From: an uncultured virus (IMG/VR IMGVR_UViG_3300043908_006005)
Taxonomy: Duplodnaviria; Heunggongvirae; Uroviricota; Caudoviricetes
IMG/VR virus record: IMGVR_UViG_3300043908_006005
Length of the DNA: 64,000 nucleotides
Reading direction: 5' to 3' (one strand)
Shown here one piece after another: positions 18,809-27,950 of the stretch (positions within the stretch are counted from its first letter, which is position 1; the number at the start of each line of letters is the position of its first letter). The translations under genes and the position numbers were made by a program. The notes beneath the pieces were generated by a model that worked only from the letters and a program-made list of their open reading frames with translations, ran no database searches and was not told where the DNA came from.

Positions 18809-19155
18809 TGCCTAAAGCAAGACAGCTTACTGATGTAGAGAAGTTTTATATAGAAAACAATCTTGAAAAAAGCGATTCGGAATTAGCCAGCAAGATGACT
18901 GGAGTTGGAGCAAAAACCGTGTCTAAGTTTAGAGAGACTATTCCAGACAAACCGGAATCTGACGAATCATCAGAGGAGCGAGCAGAAAGACTTGCGACCG
19001 GACCAAAAACAGGCGACTTTATAGCCAAGCGGAGCGGAGCATCCATAATGACGCAAGAGGCTTCTGAGGTTTCTGACGCCAAGAGAAAAAAATCAGACAC
19101 AAGAGATATACATGAACGAAAAAATAGAAACATCATCTACAGGCCTCAAGGCTAA
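18808..19155 (+). CDS. hypothetical HTH-like protein
   Basis: LTDVEKFYIENN..SDSELASK; TAATG overlap. Confidence 0.6.
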   Translation: MPKARQLTDVEKFYIENNLEKSDSELASKMTGVGAKTVSKFRETIPDKPESDESSEERAERLATGPKTGDFIAKRSGASIMTQEASEVSDAKRKKSDTRDIHERKNRNIIYRPQG

Positions 19156-19609
19156 AAGCTACGGTCTGTGCTTAGAGCCAGATTCTTTTCTCGACGAAAA
19201 AACTATATGGATAGCTGTTCTGTCCAATGGCCTTTCTGTGTATCAAGATGATGATAGGCCTGGAGTCACGGAGCCATGCGCGTGGAAAAGACTGGGAAAG
19301 TATGTAAGCGAAGACGGCTTAGATGTAATTGGAGTGTACATTAAGTTTCGCTCGCACACTGAAAAAGCCAATATCTCATGCGAAAACCAGGACTCAAAGG
19401 GGGTCTACTTTTCTTACGGCATAATAAAAAGCGTTGACGATACCGTGGATAGAAAATATTATACTTTGGGATTTTACGCTGGAGACGAGCTAAAGTATGA
19501 CTGGTTTTTGGTTCCAGAGATAGTTAAAACAGACCAAACCACTAGGCGTATAGAGCAAAAAGACCTGCAAGAAGGAAGGGTTATAATGAACTCTTCCTGC
19601 TGCGATTGA
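19112..19609 (+). CDS. hypothetical protein
   Basis: ORF in array. Confidence 0.6.
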   Translation: MNEKIETSSTGLKAKSYGLCLEPDSFLDEKTIWIAVLSNGLSVYQDDDRPGVTEPCAWKRLGKYVSEDGLDVIGVYIKFRSHTEKANISCENQDSKGVYFSYGIIKSVDDTVDRKYYTLGFYAGDELKYDWFLVPEIVKTDQTTRRIEQKDLQEGRVIMNSSCCD

Positions 19610-19633
19610 CAAGGCTCATCTCGCTGCTATAAT
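19606..19633 (+). promoter_or_regulatory. sigma70-type promoter
   Basis: TTGACA-16nt-TATAAT with TGn extension; ATG 8 nt downstream. Confidence 0.8.
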
Positions 19634-19641
19634 AGTTTACT

Positions 19642-20109
19642 ATGGCAGAGAAAAAAACTACAAAAACACCGTATCAGTCAGCTTACGGAGCCGGATACAT
19701 CCGTGCAGACCAATGGGTTACTGAAAAGCTGTGCGCATTAATTTCCAAAAAGTCTGGTTCAGAGTTGCCAGATAAATTTTGGAATCTGTCAAAGTGGAAA
19801 TCTATTTTTCGCAGACAGGTGCAACTAGCCTCTTCTCTGTTAATTTTATACGATGCAGAAGCTATTTCTATGGCTTTAAGAGATAAAAGGTCTTACAACA
19901 TTCGCTCGTTTGCTGCGTTTAACTCTGTGCCCTTTTTCTCTAAAGTGCTAGACGAATATCAAGCAGAGGTTGATAGCAGAAATAAAGCAAAAGAAATAAA
20001 ACTGACACCAAAATCAACTACTGAACTTCCAAGGTTACATAAAAAAGAAAACAAACTATCGAGGTTGAAAAATATAGATGGCGAAACAAGACCCATTCAA
20101 AGTGGCTAA
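19642..20109 (+). CDS. hypothetical protein
   Basis: ORF between promoter and recA. Confidence 0.7.
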   Translation: MAEKKTTKTPYQSAYGAGYIRADQWVTEKLCALISKKSGSELPDKFWNLSKWKSIFRRQVQLASSLLILYDAEAISMALRDKRSYNIRSFAAFNSVPFFSKVLDEYQAEVDSRNKAKEIKLTPKSTTELPRLHKKENKLSRLKNIDGETRPIQSG

Positions 20110-21202
20110 AGACTTATTAGCTAAACACGGAGACAACATAGTAAGAAGTGGAGACGCGATGGTTTCCGATAAACAGGAAATCGTTTCTGTTTCTCCTCTT
20201 ATTGATGTGAACATAGGAGGCGGCATACCAGAAGGCTCGGTAGTCCTGCTAGCGGGAGACGAGAAGTGCGGAAAAACCGTAACGGCACTTCAAATATGCA
20301 AAAACGCACAAGAGCTTGGTAAAAATATATATTACCTAAACATTGAGGCCAGATTGAAATCCAGAGACCTAGAAGGAATAGAAGGTCTAGATTTAGAGAA
20401 AATAAACGTAGTTAGCTCTTACAGAGAGGATGACAGTGAAGGCAATTTGGTACAAAGCAAAATCCTTAGCGGAGAAGAATGGCTCAGTTTTGCTGAGAAT
20501 TTTATACATAATGACCCTGGATGTGTTGTTGTTCTTGATTCTATTTCTCAGCTTGTAACTGAACGTCAACTTCAGGCAGACATTGGCGACGTAACCGGCG
20601 ACGGAGGCTTTAGATTGCTGTCTCAATTCATCGGCAGAATAGCTCCGGTTGTTGTTGTAAATAAATGTATTGTTATTGGTATACAACACTTAATTGCAAA
20701 CACTAGAGCAAGGCCAGGACAAAAGACTAAAAGCAGGAGCGGTGGACGTAAGATTAGATATGCAGTTGATGTAGACCTTGAATGCACATATATACAACCC
20801 TGGAAAGCATCGTCTGCCGATGACGCAGAACAGATAGGGCAAAGAGTAAACTGGATTACACGCTCTACGGCTAGACCAATACCGCCAGGAAGAAAGATTG
20901 AGTCTTTGCTTAGATATGGCGTTGGACTGGATAGGATTGCGGAATTGATTAGCTTAGGAAAAAGCCTTGGCTTCATAAGGGTCTCTGGCTCCTGGTATGT
21001 TTTAGACTATATGCAGAACCACCTGGATGTTTTAGGTGTGGATGAATGGGCTGTGGACAAGAAAGGAAAGCTAACACCAGAAATGTCAAAGCTCGTACAG
21101 GCTCAAGGAGAACACAAAGCTCACGACTTGCTTAAAGCTAATCCAGCTTATTTGGACTGTTTACAAAAAGATATATATGACATGCTTGGGATGAGTGAAT
21201 GA
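20078..21202 (+). CDS. recA: RecA/UvsX-like recombinase
   Basis: IGGGIPEG, Walker A GDEKCGKT, VVLDSI Walker B, SGGRKIRY, SGSWY. Confidence 0.85.
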   Translation: MAKQDPFKVAKDLLAKHGDNIVRSGDAMVSDKQEIVSVSPLIDVNIGGGIPEGSVVLLAGDEKCGKTVTALQICKNAQELGKNIYYLNIEARLKSRDLEGIEGLDLEKINVVSSYREDDSEGNLVQSKILSGEEWLSFAENFIHNDPGCVVVLDSISQLVTERQLQADIGDVTGDGGFRLLSQFIGRIAPVVVVNKCIVIGIQHLIANTRARPGQKTKSRSGGRKIRYAVDVDLECTYIQPWKASSADDAEQIGQRVNWITRSTARPIPPGRKIESLLRYGVGLDRIAELISLGKSLGFIRVSGSWYVLDYMQNHLDVLGVDEWAVDKKGKLTPEMSKLVQAQGEHKAHDLLKANPAYLDCLQKDIYDMLGMSE

Positions 21203-21597
21203 AGGTAGTAGACTTTAACGGAAGAGAACATAACTTTCCACCAACAGGCCACCAGCCTGATTTGGACGATGGCCGAAAGAGAAGCGAGATACACTTACAC
21301 GCCAGAAGATTGCTCAGAGAACTCTATCCAACCCAAAGAATACTAGAAGAAGTGCCTCTGCCAGGGACACAGCAATACGCAGACTTTTACCTCCCCCACA
21401 GGAAAGCTGTTGTTGAAGTCCACGGCAGACAGCACTATGAGTTCGTTGCCCACTTTCATGAGGACAGATGGGGCTTTGCCAAGTCAAAGCAAAATGACTC
21501 TAAGAAAGAGGGTTGGTGCGACATGAATAATATTAAATATATAGTTTTACCATATAATAAGGTTAATGATTGGGATGACATCATATCAGAGTCTTGA
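21199..21597 (+). CDS. DUF559/Vsr-like endonuclease
   Basis: ADFYLP..VVEVHGRQHY..QNDSKK. Confidence 0.7.
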   Translation: MKVVDFNGREHNFPPTGHQPDLDDGRKRSEIHLHARRLLRELYPTQRILEEVPLPGTQQYADFYLPHRKAVVEVHGRQHYEFVAHFHEDRWGFAKSKQNDSKKEGWCDMNNIKYIVLPYNKVNDWDDIISES

Positions 21598-22063
21598 TGA
21601 GAGGTGGGAACAAGTAGAGAAAGCCCTAAAGCAGTTTGAGGTTGCTGTAGGGCTTGGTTCTTTAGGCCCCACAGAAGTTAATAGATGGATAAATATAAAA
21701 CCGATGTTGCTAAACAAGCTTTCGGAACAGGAATGCGCTGAAGGAGCATACTTACTTGTGCAGGAGGCGACGTTTGTGCAATCTCAGATTAATGTCTTAC
21801 AATCAAAGATAGATTGGTGCAACAGAAAAATAAATCAAATAATAGCGCCAATAATCAAAAATCAAATCACACGATATATGGAGAACGAACTAAAGAGAGC
21901 TTATGCGGTAAAGCAAGATGATGTTGCGGAAAGGTTACAGCAAATAGCAGACGAAGCATCTAGTTATCACTCACGGCTACAATACCTACCCACCTCCTTA
22001 AGAGCGCAGGCTGATAAGCTAACCAAATATCAAGAGATAAAGAGAGGTCAAAACTATGCCTGA
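21566..22063 (+). CDS. helical hypothetical protein
   Basis: Coiled-coil-like ORF in the recA-dnaB block. Confidence 0.65.
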   Translation: MIGMTSYQSLDERWEQVEKALKQFEVAVGLGSLGPTEVNRWINIKPMLLNKLSEQECAEGAYLLVQEATFVQSQINVLQSKIDWCNRKINQIIAPIIKNQITRYMENELKRAYAVKQDDVAERLQQIADEASSYHSRLQYLPTSLRAQADKLTKYQEIKRGQNYA

Positions 22064-22682
22064 TTTCACAGAAATACTAAAAATAGCCGTCGAAGAACAA
22101 GATTGGAAGATAATCTGTGGCTTATACACAAACATTACCGGAGAGCCCCTATCTGTCCCAGATGCCGAGACCGAGCCTGCTGAAGAGGAAGCAGAGGAAG
22201 AGGACATCCTATCTAAAAACTTTGATATGGAAGAGATACTGGGAGAAAAACCAACAGAAGAAACAGCGGTTGACAATCACAGGGAGTCTATGTATAATGA
22301 TTTCACTGCTCCGCCAAGAACACAGAATACAGACACGACTGGCAGGAGAATGAGGTCTGAGCCCGTAGGTTCAAGGCCATTAAAAAACGTTGTTGGGGTC
22401 AGCGAAGAGGGTTTTGTTGACGATATGAGCGAGTCTCTTACTGACCCAGAGACAGGAGAACCCTTGACGGGAAATAACAAGAACGTCAAGATAACACCGA
22501 GAAACAGGCGAAAAGAATTGGGAATGAAAGACACATCTCTTATTGACGCAACTTGCTCTTCTTGCGGTGAAAATCAAAAGATATCTCCCGCCCTAGCATT
22601 TGGATACTCGAAGCGTAAATCCGAAAACACTTGGACCTGCAATACGTGCAGCACACGAAAGGGGCGTCGTGCCAGAGGTTGA
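22056..22682 (+). CDS. hypothetical protein with C-terminal Zn ribbon
   Basis: CSSC...CNTC. Confidence 0.65.
   Translation: MPDFTEILKIAVEEQDWKIICGLYTNITGEPLSVPDAETEPAEEEAEEEDILSKNFDMEEILGEKPTEETAVDNHRESMYNDFTAPPRTQNTDTTGRRMRSEPVGSRPLKNVVGVSEEGFVDDMSESLTDPETGEPLTGNNKNVKITPRNRRKELGMKDTSLIDATCSSCGENQKISPALAFGYSKRKSENTWTCNTCSTRKGRRARG
22270..22298 (+). promoter_or_regulatory. intragenic consensus sigma70 promoter upstream of dnaB
   Basis: TTGACA-17nt-TATAAT. Confidence 0.55.
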
Positions 22683-24159
22683 GCAAGATAACAGAAACGT
22701 TGCTGCGGAAAGAGCGGTTCTTGCGGGCCTTTATTCTTACGGGGTCGATGCGTATTTGGACATAGCTCCAATGCTATCGCCCATGTCTTTTACAGACAGG
22801 TCTAATCAGGCCATCTATAAGTGCTTCTCACACCTCTTTGAAGAAAAGGATGTAAAGCAACTAGATGAGTCTTCCGTATTTTCTGCGGCCAAAGACTTAG
22901 GATATAGCTGGCTTGTAGAGCAAAAGGACGAGATAAACCACCTAAACAGCATCTTCAACACTCACATCTTACTAGAGAATGTAAGGAACTTCGCTGCTAA
23001 AATAAGCAGGCTTGAGGTGGCTAGGATGCTTCGTCAGCAAATGAAAGAGGCTGATTCATCCCTCACAGAAGTAGGAGGAGATGAGCCAATAGAGCATATT
23101 CTTGGTATAGCAGAGAAGTGTATCTTTGACTTTACAAGCAAGCTAACTAACGCTTCTGGAACCGACCCCCAAAGATTGGCTACTGGAATGAGAGAGCATA
23201 TCATGGATAAGCTCGATAATCCCAGGGACGTTATCGGACTGCCTACTCCTTGGCCTACATACAATGAAGCTATTGGTGGAGGATGCAGGAGAAAAGCCGT
23301 TAGCATGATAGGTGCAAGAAGCGGCGTGGGAAAGAGTATGCTTTCTGACAATCTGGCTAAACACTTAGCAGAGCTTGATGTTCCGGTTCTTTACCTTGAT
23401 ACAGAAATGAGCGACGAAGACCATTGGTATCGTCTTGGAGCAAATTACGCAGACGTAACAATTAACGACCTAGAGAGCGGCAAGTGTGGGGAAAACTTCT
23501 CTGAGAGAAAAAGGATTGAGGAGGCTCTAGACAAAATCGAAAAGCTCCCCATTGACTATATCAATGTGTCTGGAATACCGTTTGAGGAAACCCTTTCGAT
23601 AATGAGAAGATGGATACACAAGACTGTTGGCTTTGAGGACGATGGCCGCACCAAAGACTGTATGATTATTTATGATTACGTGAAGCTGACTAACGGAGAG
23701 GACTTGAAGGCTGGTGTTCAGGAGTATCAAGTTCTTGGATTCATGATGACCTCTCTTCACAACCTAGCCGTAAGAAACGACGTTCCCATATTCACCATGA
23801 TTCAACTAAATCGTGACGGTATTGACAAGGAGACGGCTGACGTTGTTGCTGGCTCTGATAGAGTAATGTGGCTGACCACTAACTTCTCTATTTTTAAACC
23901 TAAGAGTGATGAGGAAATTCAGGCATCTGACCCAGAAGACGGAACACACAAACTGGTTATCATTAAGCACAGGCACGGACCAGGAATGAGCAGAGGAGAT
24001 TACATCAACATGAAGATGGAAGGTGCTAAAGCTCGCATAGAAGAGGGGAAAACAAAGCTGAAACTAAAGAGAGAGCGAGAACAAGGCATAAACCCACAGC
24101 CAGAAAACGTTTCGGATGAAATAGACGACATTCCTTTTGGTGAATCGCATGATAGATAA
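22669..24159 (+). CDS. dnaB: DnaB-like replicative helicase
   Basis: AERAVL N-terminal motif, GARSGVGKS, DTEM, IYDY, QLNR, KHRHG; GTG at 22669 chosen as start. Confidence 0.92.
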   Translation: MPEVEQDNRNVAAERAVLAGLYSYGVDAYLDIAPMLSPMSFTDRSNQAIYKCFSHLFEEKDVKQLDESSVFSAAKDLGYSWLVEQKDEINHLNSIFNTHILLENVRNFAAKISRLEVARMLRQQMKEADSSLTEVGGDEPIEHILGIAEKCIFDFTSKLTNASGTDPQRLATGMREHIMDKLDNPRDVIGLPTPWPTYNEAIGGGCRRKAVSMIGARSGVGKSMLSDNLAKHLAELDVPVLYLDTEMSDEDHWYRLGANYADVTINDLESGKCGENFSERKRIEEALDKIEKLPIDYINVSGIPFEETLSIMRRWIHKTVGFEDDGRTKDCMIIYDYVKLTNGEDLKAGVQEYQVLGFMMTSLHNLAVRNDVPIFTMIQLNRDGIDKETADVVAGSDRVMWLTTNFSIFKPKSDEEIQASDPEDGTHKLVIIKHRHGPGMSRGDYINMKMEGAKARIEEGKTKLKLKREREQGINPQPENVSDEIDDIPFGESHDR

Positions 24160-25294
24160 AAACGACCCTTATTTTGACTATGACCTAATAGAAGAAATAA
24201 AGGACATGGCGTGCGCCAGTATAGACGAACTAATGACCTATCTTGGCGTAGATTATAGAAGGAACGGTAAAATGCTTGTGGGTCCATGCCCTGTGCATGG
24301 TGGCGATAATCTTAGCGCGTGGAACTTATACCCAGAAGGAGACGATGTTAGAGGGTATTGGGTTTGCAGAACTCATCACTGCGAAAAAAAGAAATCAGAA
24401 AACGACCGACTTCTATACGGCTCAACAATCATAGGTTTTGTTAGAGGTGTTCTTTCCCACCGAAAAGGAGAGGGTGAGTTTGTAACATACAAAGAAGCAA
24501 TAGACGCTATGCTAGACTTCCTTGGCTACGAGTCAATTAAAGAAGTAAAGAAACCCGATTCGGCTTCGCTTGAAAGAAGAAAGTATGTATCTTCCATGAA
24601 AAAGCTAAGTCTAGCCCCAAAGCAGGCGAATAGCGGCTGGAGCAGGGAGAAGCTCCGGTCCACGCTTGAAATACCATGCAATTACTACCTGCAAAGAGGA
24701 TACTCGAAAGAGGTGCTTGACAAGTATGATGTCGGATTGTATAATAAACGTAACAGGGTTGTTGTGCCTGTATATGATGACGCTTACAAATACGTAACCG
24801 GTTTCTTAGGAAGGTCTATATGGCCTCAATGTGAGTCTTGTGGAAAATGGCATGACCCAGAAAAGGGCTGTCCCAAAACAAGCTACGAAGTAAAAGAGTG
24901 TGAAAAGTGGTTAAATGGTGATTTTAAGTCTACAAATTACCTTTACAACTACTGGTTTGCAGCAGAAAAAATCAAAGATAGCGGGGTTGCTATTTTAGTA
25001 GAAGGAGCAGGAGATGTTTGGAGGCTTGAAGAAAACGGCATACATATTGGTCTAGGCCTTTTTGGCACCGACCTAACAGACCCACAAAGAGTTCTCTTAG
25101 ATAGGGCTGGAGCATTATCACTAATTGTTCTGCTAGACCCAGACAAAGCTGGAAGAGAGGGGTGCGAAAAACTTAAATCACAGCTAGGAAGGCAGTATAG
25201 AATGTACTTCCCCAAAATTAACGACGACGTTGGAGGATTAAACTCCGACGAGATTACATCAGAAATAAAACCGATAATAGAAAGGGCTATCTAG
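24149..25294 (+). CDS. dnaG: DNA primase (CHC2 Zn finger plus TOPRIM)
   Basis: CPVH..C...C Zn finger, LVEGAGD, DPDKAG. Confidence 0.88.
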   Translation: MIDKNDPYFDYDLIEEIKDMACASIDELMTYLGVDYRRNGKMLVGPCPVHGGDNLSAWNLYPEGDDVRGYWVCRTHHCEKKKSENDRLLYGSTIIGFVRGVLSHRKGEGEFVTYKEAIDAMLDFLGYESIKEVKKPDSASLERRKYVSSMKKLSLAPKQANSGWSREKLRSTLEIPCNYYLQRGYSKEVLDKYDVGLYNKRNRVVVPVYDDAYKYVTGFLGRSIWPQCESCGKWHDPEKGCPKTSYEVKECEKWLNGDFKSTNYLYNYWFAAEKIKDSGVAILVEGAGDVWRLEENGIHIGLGLFGTDLTDPQRVLLDRAGALSLIVLLDPDKAGREGCEKLKSQLGRQYRMYFPKINDDVGGLNSDEITSEIKPIIERAI

Positions 25295-26061
25295 TGTCTA
25301 GTATAGTTGCAATTTCAGGTAAAAAACAATCTGGTAAAACCAGTTGTGGGAATTTTTTGTTCGGCTCTGCAATGCTCTCTATAGACTTGGTGGAATACGC
25401 ACACATAAGCCCACAGGGACAGCTTATCGTTCCATTCGACTTTGGAGACGAGACTAGGCCTTCTATCTTCCCGATTGACAGCATGAATCAGGCAATGATT
25501 AATTTTATGTCAGAAAATATTTGGTCAGAAGTTAAAGTCTATAGCTTTGCAGATAATCTTAAGCGAATCTGTATAGATGTTCTCGGCCTAACTGAACAGC
25601 AGTGCTACGGAACGGAAGAAGAAAAAAGCTCTCTCACCCACATTAACTTACAAGACTGTGTTTTTGATACAATGAGAAGTCGAAAAATGACTGCCAGAGA
25701 GGTCATGCAGTATGTTGGCACAGACTTCTTCAGGAGAATATACCCTCAAGTGTGGGTTGACTCTACAATCAGAAAAATCAAGAGAGAAAAGCCTAAGTTG
25801 GCTATTATTGTTGACTGTAGGTTTGAAAATGAAGTGAAAGGCATACAAGACGCTGGAGGAAAAGTAATAAGACTTACAAGGAATATTTTTGGAGATAGCG
25901 ACCAACACCCAAGCGAAACAGCTTTGGATGACTACGAGGGCTTTGACTTTGTTCTGGATAACCAAAAAATGTCCCTACAGGAACAAAACGAAGCCGTTTA
26001 CAACAAATTGGTTGATTGGAATTTCGTTGACTACAAAGCAGTAGCAACGCCATTAAAATGA
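25294..26061 (+). CDS. deoxynucleoside monophosphate kinase
   Basis: SGKKQSGKT, SFADNLK, REVMQYVGTD, DCRFENE, HPSE. Confidence 0.88.
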   Translation: MSSIVAISGKKQSGKTSCGNFLFGSAMLSIDLVEYAHISPQGQLIVPFDFGDETRPSIFPIDSMNQAMINFMSENIWSEVKVYSFADNLKRICIDVLGLTEQQCYGTEEEKSSLTHINLQDCVFDTMRSRKMTAREVMQYVGTDFFRRIYPQVWVDSTIRKIKREKPKLAIIVDCRFENEVKGIQDAGGKVIRLTRNIFGDSDQHPSETALDDYEGFDFVLDNQKMSLQEQNEAVYNKLVDWNFVDYKAVATPLK

Positions 26062-27086
26062 TTATAACCTACTTTAGAAGCAGTTCATTTAATGCCTATG
26101 GCATGTGTCCTCAGCAATACTTTCTTACGTATGTTCTAGGGATACCGTCTCCAGGTGGGAAGAAAGCAGAGAAAGGGACGGTTGTACATAAAGTGATGGA
26201 ATGTTTGGCTCACGGCAAAAAAGCGGAGCAAGATGGAATTGCTACATTTTTTGACGATGTTCTAGGGGCAAAGCCCACAAACAGACTTTATGAGGATGCA
26301 TTTGTCAACGAACTCAGCAGAGAGTCTTTCGATTATTATACACAAAAATCTGTACACGATTTCACAAACAGGGATTATAAAGATTGTGAGAAATGGGCTT
26401 GGAAAGCTATTGAATATTCCGATGGGGCTTACGACCCAAGGAAAAGAAAGATTGTTGATGCTGAACCACACTTTGACATCACAATTGATGAGCCTTGGGC
26501 TGAATACGATTACATCATGCCAGATGGTTCAAGGGTACATGGCAACCTTTCTATAAAGGGCACAGTTGACCTTATCACTGATGCTGGCAATGGTGTGTAT
26601 GAAGCAACCGATTGGAAGACAGGCATGAGAAAAGATTGGGCAACCGGAGAAATAAAAGACTTTTGGAAGTTGTGCGGCGACCCTCAACTAAGAATATATC
26701 ACTACGCCTTAACGCATCTATATCCAGAGGCTCGACAAATAGTTCCTAGCATCTATTTCATCAATGATGGCGGGCCTTTCACCATGGCTTATGACCAATC
26801 AGACATAGAAGCTACAAAAGAAATGCTTAGAAAAAGATTTGAACAAATCAGAGAGGTTAAAAGACCACAGCTACTCACAGGATACAATCGGTGGAAATGC
26901 AACAGCTTTTGCCACTACGGTAAAACGCCTCATCCATCTGGTAAAATAAACCCAAAAACAGGAGAGCCATACACGATATGTCAGTACATGGCGGACAAAA
27001 CCAGGAAATGTGGTATTGACACAGTTATAGCCGAAGACACTCATGAAGGACATACAATAGATTATTATAAAGACCCAGGTGTATAA
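26058..27086 (+). CDS. Cas4/AddB-like PD-(D/E)XK exonuclease
   Basis: CPQQY, GTVVH, GTVDL, DWKTG, QLRIY; C-terminal C..C..C completes a likely Fe-S staple. Confidence 0.85.
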   Translation: MIITYFRSSSFNAYGMCPQQYFLTYVLGIPSPGGKKAEKGTVVHKVMECLAHGKKAEQDGIATFFDDVLGAKPTNRLYEDAFVNELSRESFDYYTQKSVHDFTNRDYKDCEKWAWKAIEYSDGAYDPRKRKIVDAEPHFDITIDEPWAEYDYIMPDGSRVHGNLSIKGTVDLITDAGNGVYEATDWKTGMRKDWATGEIKDFWKLCGDPQLRIYHYALTHLYPEARQIVPSIYFINDGGPFTMAYDQSDIEATKEMLRKRFEQIREVKRPQLLTGYNRWKCNSFCHYGKTPHPSGKINPKTGEPYTICQYMADKTRKCGIDTVIAEDTHEGHTIDYYKDPGV

Positions 27087-27950
27087 ATGAACATAAAAAG
27101 AAATCATATTTATCTAGTCACTGGAGCAAGCGGCTTTTTAGGTGAATCTCTTGTCGGAGAAATACTTTCTAGGGGCGGCCGCGTCAGGGCAATGTCAAGA
27201 AACGAAGGTAAGCTAATAGAGCTTCAACAAAAATTCAATTCAGACATACATATTGTAACTGGAGATGTTTGCAATAAAGTAGATGTTGTCCAATCGTTGA
27301 GTGGCGTTATGGGTGTGTTTCATTTGGCCGCATTTAAGCATGTTGGAATGGCCGAACGTCTTCCGAATGAATGCACAAGAACTAACGTAACGGGCTCTTT
27401 AAATATACTGCACGAAACACTTACCAGGAAAGAAATTGATTTTGTTATTGGTATTAGCACTGACAAGGCCGCTCAAGTTTCTGGCGTTTACGGAGCAACC
27501 AAGCTCTTGATGGAAAGGGTATTTTCTCAATTTGAAAAAATAAACCCATCTATTAAATACAGAATAGTAAGATATGGAAATGTTCTATATTCTACTGGCT
27601 CTGTTTTGTGCAAGTGGAAATCACTATTACAAAAAGGAATGTCGGTGACAATAACGGACCCAAACGCCACCAGATTTTTTTGGACTAGGGAACAGGCTGT
27701 TGATTTAATATTTCAATGCTTAAGAGACGCAAAGGATTCTAAGCCTTTCGTCCCAGATATGAAGGCCATGACTATTGGAGACCTCCTCCTTGCAATGCAC
27801 AAAAAATACTCTCCTAAAGGGGCAAAGCTACAAACAAACGCCATCGGATTGCAGCCAGGAGAAAATTTGCACGAAAAAATTATTGATGATGGCCCTTATT
27901 CAAATGAAGTTGAGATGTTCACAGTAGAAGAAATAATGGAGATGATTTAA
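27087..27950 (+). CDS. UDP-GlcNAc 4,6-dehydratase-like SDR (PseB/CapD family)
   Basis: TGASGFLG, HLAAFKHV, STDKA, YGATK, RYGNV. Confidence 0.88.
   Translation: MNIKRNHIYLVTGASGFLGESLVGEILSRGGRVRAMSRNEGKLIELQQKFNSDIHIVTGDVCNKVDVVQSLSGVMGVFHLAAFKHVGMAERLPNECTRTNVTGSLNILHETLTRKEIDFVIGISTDKAAQVSGVYGATKLLMERVFSQFEKINPSIKYRIVRYGNVLYSTGSVLCKWKSLLQKGMSVTITDPNATRFFWTREQAVDLIFQCLRDAKDSKPFVPDMKAMTIGDLLLAMHKKYSPKGAKLQTNAIGLQPGENLHEKIIDDGPYSNEVEMFTVEEIMEMI

Noticed and set aside
26058..27086. CRISPR-Cas system suggested by the Cas4-like nuclease
   Set aside because: No repeat-spacer array or other cas genes seen; solo Cas4-like nucleases are common in phage replication blocks
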